This document shows, piece by piece, positions 27,991-32,000 of a stretch of 32,000 nt of DNA. The DNA is taken from positions 1 to 32,000 of the forward strand of contig JANPLU010000048.1 in NCBI GenBank assembly GCA_031422435.1, in the 5' to 3' direction. The notes beneath the pieces are model-generated. The model was not told where the DNA came from. It did no database searches and saw nothing but the letters and a program-made list of their open reading frames with translations. A program made the translations under genes and the position numbers. Within the stretch, counting starts at the first letter, position 1. Each line of letters starts with the position of its first letter. Origin of the DNA: Acaryochloridaceae cyanobacterium VAR_48_metabat_390. Lineage in GTDB: Bacteria > Cyanobacteriota > Cyanobacteriia > Thermosynechococcales > Thermosynechococcaceae.

Positions 27991-29286
27991 ATGCAAACCC
28001 TCGATAGACCCACAACCCTTCCACCCTCTACCCACGAATTTGCAGAAATTATCCATCGCTTAGAAGCAGGCGGTGCCATGCTGCCGGATTCCCCCGAAAA
28101 CCTCATGCAGATCATCGGCATCTACAAAGCCTACGCCGTACCGATGGACTTCTACTGGCGCGACCTGCTTTATATTGCCGAGAATGTCTTTCTCAACCCT
28201 TTACCGTTTTTCAAATACTTTCTGCCTCAAGAATACCTAGACCTTCACAACCACTACGCCGGAGACGATGCCGATCTGCGAATTTGGCGCGGGGAAGCAA
28301 CTGCTCACCCTGAGCTGCTTGAGTTTATGGAAAAAGGCGAAACAGGCAAAATGCCTAAGCTGTTTCATCACCTATTCCATGACCGCATCAACATGGAATT
28401 TGCCGAAGCCTGTATGCAGGCGATGCTCTGGCACGGACGCGACATGGGCTGGGGACAATTTGACGGCTACCTCGACAGCGATGAGTACCGCGCTAATGCC
28501 GATCGCGCTATCAAAGCCTACTTGAAGTACAACCCGCCGATGCTGGCACTGTACAAACTCTTCCCTGACATGTTTTTAGAGCAGTGCCGGATGATGTCCT
28601 ACACCGCCAACCTAGGCTTATTTTGGGAAGTGATGGCTCCTGTCTTCTTTGAAATGTCCGATATTTTCGATGAAGGTGGCTTTGCAGGCGTGCCTGATGC
28701 GATGAACTTTTTGGTGAACGGGATTTTTGCGATCGCAGGTCGCCCCATCTACCACCACGTTTATGTACGAGGCGAATGTTTTGAGATCATTCCCAAATCT
28801 AAGGGGTTTATGTGGCTGTACGAAGCCGCCCTCCCCTACGTCGAAGCCGTCTTTTATCGCACCGCCCCCTTCCGAGGCACCAAATCTTACAACGCCCAAG
28901 CCGGACAAGTGCCCACAGAGCAAAAAGACTTCCACTACGGCATTTTATACGCCGATGTGTTTCCGGTAGGCTCGGCAGGAATTCCGCCTACTTTACTGAT
29001 GCAGGATATGCTGCACTTCCTGCCGCCTTACCTAGTGGAATACTACCAGCAGCACTGTCGTGGCGAAGACGATATGCTAATCCAGCTTGGCATTACCTTT
29101 CAAAGATCGATGTATTGCGTTACTTCTGCGGTCATTCAGGCACTGCGACAGGCATTGCTATATCCATTGGATGATCCTAACCCTAAACATTTGATGGCAA
29201 ATCGTGCTTTTTTTGAAGCTCAGATCGATCGCTTTAAGCGACCTGAAGCACGGTTAAGGGATATTCAGGTGCAAAGCTATCGGTAA
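27991..29286 (+). CDS. cupA: CO2 hydration protein CupA/ChpY
   Basis: ORF 27970..29286 with probable start MQTLDRPTTLPPSTHEFAEIIHRLEAGGAMLPDSPENLMQIIGIYKAYAVPMDFYWRDLLYIAE; follows ndhF3/ndhD3. Confidence 0.92.
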   Translation: MQTLDRPTTLPPSTHEFAEIIHRLEAGGAMLPDSPENLMQIIGIYKAYAVPMDFYWRDLLYIAENVFLNPLPFFKYFLPQEYLDLHNHYAGDDADLRIWRGEATAHPELLEFMEKGETGKMPKLFHHLFHDRINMEFAEACMQAMLWHGRDMGWGQFDGYLDSDEYRANADRAIKAYLKYNPPMLALYKLFPDMFLEQCRMMSYTANLGLFWEVMAPVFFEMSDIFDEGGFAGVPDAMNFLVNGIFAIAGRPIYHHVYVRGECFEIIPKSKGFMWLYEAALPYVEAVFYRTAPFRGTKSYNAQAGQVPTEQKDFHYGILYADVFPVGSAGIPPTLLMQDMLHFLPPYLVEYYQQHCRGEDDMLIQLGITFQRSMYCVTSAVIQALRQALLYPLDDPNPKHLMANRAFFEAQIDRFKRPEARLRDIQVQSYR

Positions 29287-29289
29287 AAT

Positions 29290-29326
29290 CCCCTCACCCC
29301 CAACCCCTCTCCCAGTGGGAGAGGGG
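29290..29326 (+). repeat. Cyanobacterial CCCCTCACCCC...CCCCTCTCCC/GGGAGAGGGG hairpin element
   Basis: CCCCTCTCCC (29304-29313) AGT GGGAGAGGGG (29317-29326), perfect 10-bp stem, 3-nt loop, preceded by cccctcaccccc. Confidence 0.75.
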
Positions 29327-29518
29327 AGCAAGATGGAGAGAAGCGTTCAAGCTTCATCTTCTTTGACTCTATCTTTAGCCACCCACCCAAGCACCCTTCT
29401 GGAGGGAGTTTGAGGGACGCAGCCGTCTCTCAATGGGGGGGCACGGGGGGCTAGTCCCCCGAAATTACACAACCCGTCAACCGAGCTACTCCATCAACCC
29501 AGCCACCCAATCAAAACC

Positions 29519-29920
29519 ATGCCCACCATCGTAGACATCGCCGTCAGCAACCCCTCCTTCAGCACCCTCGTCACCGCCGTCAGCGCCGCAGGCTTAGTCG
29601 AAACCCTCCAAAGCCCTGGCCCCTTCACCGTCTTCGCCCCCACCGACGAAGCCTTCGCCAAACTCCCCCCTGGCACCATCCAAACCCTAGTACAAAATAT
29701 TCCCCAGCTTTCCCGTATCCTGACCTTCCACGTTGTCTCTGGCAAATATACAAAAGCCGACCTAGCCCAACTCGGCACCGTTACCTCCATCGAAGGCTCC
29801 CCCATCAACATCGACTGCTCCGAAGGATTTGAAATCAAAAACGCTACCGTCATTGCTGCCGACATCGAAGCCGACAACGGCATCATTCACGTCATTGATA
29901 CTGTTATTTTGATGGGGTAG
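29519..29920 (+). CDS. cupS: CupS, fasciclin-domain small subunit of NDH-1MS
   Basis: [50 protein letters not shown]...[10 protein letters not shown]...[11 protein letters not shown] fasciclin fold; position after cupA. Confidence 0.88.
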   Translation: MPTIVDIAVSNPSFSTLVTAVSAAGLVETLQSPGPFTVFAPTDEAFAKLPPGTIQTLVQNIPQLSRILTFHVVSGKYTKADLAQLGTVTSIEGSPINIDCSEGFEIKNATVIAADIEADNGIIHVIDTVILMG

Positions 29921-29959
29921 TCATGCCTTTAATCGCTAACACCAAACCGGAGAAAACCG

Positions 29960-31303
29960 ATGGGAAATTGGCCTGCGATCGCCGCCTCTACCATCTTCAT
30001 CAGCGTATTCGTCCTCATCATCACCGAGAAAACCCACTTGATGATTGCAGGGTTGTTGGGAGCCTTACTGTTGGTGATGCTCAATATTCTGTCGCTGCAA
30101 GAGGCAGTCGCCTACATTAGCCGCAGCCACGCCACCCTAGCGCTATTTCTAGGCGTGATGATTATGGTGCGCGTTTTCCAGCCCACCCGCATTTTTGAAT
30201 ATCTTGCCACCCAGATTGTCATTCTTGCCAAAGGTGAAGGAAAACGATTGCTGCTCGGCATTGTCGCCATTACGACCCCCATCTGTGCCGTTTTGCCCAA
30301 CGCCACCACCGTCATGCTGTTGGCTCCCCTCGTGCCAACCATGGCAGCAGAGCTAAACATTAACTTTGTGCCGCTGCTCATTTTAATGGTCTTTGTTGCC
30401 AACAGCGCTGGGCTGCTTACCCTCATTGGCGACCCTGCCACCTTTATCGTGGGCGATGCCGTTAATATTAGCTTTTTGGATTATTTAGGAAAGCTAAGCT
30501 TGGGTGGGGCAATCGCCATTCTTACCATTTTAGTGCTGCTGCCCAGACTCTTCCCGACGATTTGGCGAACTCAGCTAGAGCATCCCGAACAGCTCCCCAC
30601 CATCCAAATTCAGCATCGCCGAATGCTATTGCCGGGGGGCATTATTGTGGGTGCAGTCCTACTCTTTTTTGTCATTGGCGAACTGTTGCCAACGCCTATT
30701 TCTCCTGCAACCATTGCCCTTTTGGGGGCAACCTTGTGCCTGCTCCTGAGCCATCACAGCAAGACTAATTCCGTCCCAGATATTCTCAAGGACGTAGACT
30801 GGAGCACCCTGATTTTTTTCATGAGCATCTTCGTCCTGATTGGCGGACTTGAAAAAACGGGCGTTATTGCAGGAGCTTCCGGCATTCTTGCGGTGATTTT
30901 AGGTAAAAACATTGCCCTAGGGTCGATTCTGCTGCTGTTTACCGTAGGCATTCTATCTAGCCTCATTCCCAACATTCCCCTTGTGGTGGCGATGGTGCCT
31001 CTGCTGAAGCAGTATGTCGTCACCGTCGGCTTAGCCAGCCCCGCCATTTTAGACCCCAATTTTGAAGGGCAACTTCCCCCCGAAATTCTGCCGCTGTTTT
31101 ACGCCATGATGTACGGCGCAACCCTGGGCGGCAACGGTACCCTCGTGGGAGCATCTTCTAACATTGTGGCCGCAGGCATTGCAGAGCAGCACGGCAGGCA
31201 CATTTCGTTTCAAACTTTTTTGAAGTATGGCATCCCCGTCATGGTGTGTCAGCTCGTCACAGTCGGGCTATACGTCGTGGTGCGGTTTCTGGTTTTTCGC
31301 TAG
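29960..31303 (+). CDS. ArsB/NhaD/SLC13-like (ion transporter superfamily) permease
   Basis: Polytopic protein: ISVFVLIITEKTHLMIAGLLGALLLV, AVLPNATTVMLLAPLVPTMA, TLIGDPATFIVGDAV, SSLIPNIPLVVAMVPLL, GGNGTLVGASSNIVAAGIAEQHG. Confidence 0.82.
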   Translation: MGNWPAIAASTIFISVFVLIITEKTHLMIAGLLGALLLVMLNILSLQEAVAYISRSHATLALFLGVMIMVRVFQPTRIFEYLATQIVILAKGEGKRLLLGIVAITTPICAVLPNATTVMLLAPLVPTMAAELNINFVPLLILMVFVANSAGLLTLIGDPATFIVGDAVNISFLDYLGKLSLGGAIAILTILVLLPRLFPTIWRTQLEHPEQLPTIQIQHRRMLLPGGIIVGAVLLFFVIGELLPTPISPATIALLGATLCLLLSHHSKTNSVPDILKDVDWSTLIFFMSIFVLIGGLEKTGVIAGASGILAVILGKNIALGSILLLFTVGILSSLIPNIPLVVAMVPLLKQYVVTVGLASPAILDPNFEGQLPPEILPLFYAMMYGATLGGNGTLVGASSNIVAAGIAEQHGRHISFQTFLKYGIPVMVCQLVTVGLYVVVRFLVFR

Positions 31304-31318
31304 TTCGGGAACCCGTAC
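31303..31318 (+). promoter_or_regulatory. K-box-like element upstream of groES
   Basis: GTTCGGGAACCCGTAC fits GTTCGG-NNAN-CCNNAC, the cyanobacterial groE K-box as recalled from the literature. Confidence 0.55.
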
Positions 31319-31356
31319 AGGTCTACAATTGCGAACCCCTGCGGCAGTCCAGTAAA

Positions 31357-31383
31357 TTAGCACTCAGGAGTAGAGAGTGCTAA
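31357..31383 (+). promoter_or_regulatory. CIRCE element (HrcA operator)
   Basis: TTAGCACTC-AGGAGTAGA-GAGTGCTAA, exact canonical CIRCE with N9 spacer, 37 bp upstream of groES. Confidence 0.97.
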
Positions 31384-31419
31384 ACTCCGCAACTTTGGTC
31401 ATTAGGAGAATCAATAGAT

Positions 31420-31731
31420 ATGGCAGCAGTAACCCTTAGCGTATCCACCGTGAAGCCCCTGGGCGATCGCGTATTTGTAAAAGTCAGCGCTTCAGAAGAA
31501 AAGACCGCTGGCGGCATCTTGCTTCCCGATAACGCTAAAGAAAAGCCCCAAATCGGCGAAGTTGCCGCAGCAGGCCCTGGCAAGCGCAACGATGACGGTA
31601 CCCGTCAAGAACTCGAAATCAAGATTGGCGATAAAGTGCTGTACTCAAAGTATGCCGGAACCGACATCAAGCTCGGTGGCGACGAGTACGTCCTGCTTTC
31701 TGAAAAAGACATCTTGGCGATCGTAGACTAA
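31420..31731 (+). CDS. groES: co-chaperonin GroES
   Basis: [50 protein letters not shown]...[33 protein letters not shown]. Confidence 0.98.
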   Translation: MAAVTLSVSTVKPLGDRVFVKVSASEEKTAGGILLPDNAKEKPQIGEVAAAGPGKRNDDGTRQELEIKIGDKVLYSKYAGTDIKLGGDEYVLLSEKDILAIVD

Positions 31732-31805
31732 GCGCCACAAAATAGCGCGTGTTAAAACGCCGACCTGTTGAAGTAAAGACGATTGACTAGAGCACCCGAG
31801 GTTGA

Positions 31806-32000
<195 letters not shown>

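Noticed and set aside
29923-30120. 65-aa ORF overlapping the start of the SLC13-like transporter
   Set aside because: Out-of-frame overlap with a clearly coding transporter gene.

Overview
This is a cyanobacterial chromosomal window: HIP1-type GCGATCGC octamers are frequent, and it carries ado, gap2, NDH-1MS and groESL genes. The left two thirds is mostly housekeeping: DUF721/DciA-like protein, pyrF, DUF29, tRNA-Arg(CCG), M23/EnvC-like peptidase, an orphan-looking C5 cytosine DNA methyltransferase coupled to a small unknown gene, aldehyde-deformylating oxygenase, DUF2949, a class V aminotransferase, gap2, glutaredoxin-like protein, MoaD/ThiS-like protein, CRR6-like protein, a PerR/FurC-type regulator, a large GAF-PAS(x6)-GGDEF-EAL protein, a RHH/PIN toxin-antitoxin pair, a Uma2-family gene flanked by a 64-nt direct repeat, and a TIGR03960-type radical SAM protein. 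The right third is the most interesting part. A CmpR/CcmR-type LysR regulator is followed by a CO2-uptake NDH-1MS operon, ndhF3 - Tat-type beta-carbonic anhydrase - ndhD3 - cupA - cupS, then an ArsB/NhaD/SLC13-like transporter, then groES/groEL with a perfect CIRCE and a K-box-like site. The best candidate for a noteworthy system is the NDH-1MS operon with an embedded exported carbonic anhydrase and a trailing ion transporter. NDH-1MS itself is well known; the arrangement is what is unusual. Secondary observations are the repeat-bounded Uma2 cassette, an RND efflux pump C-terminal remnant downstream of the fur-family gene, and structured repeats inside the NDH-1MS operon. All family calls were made by reading the sequence; no database search was run.
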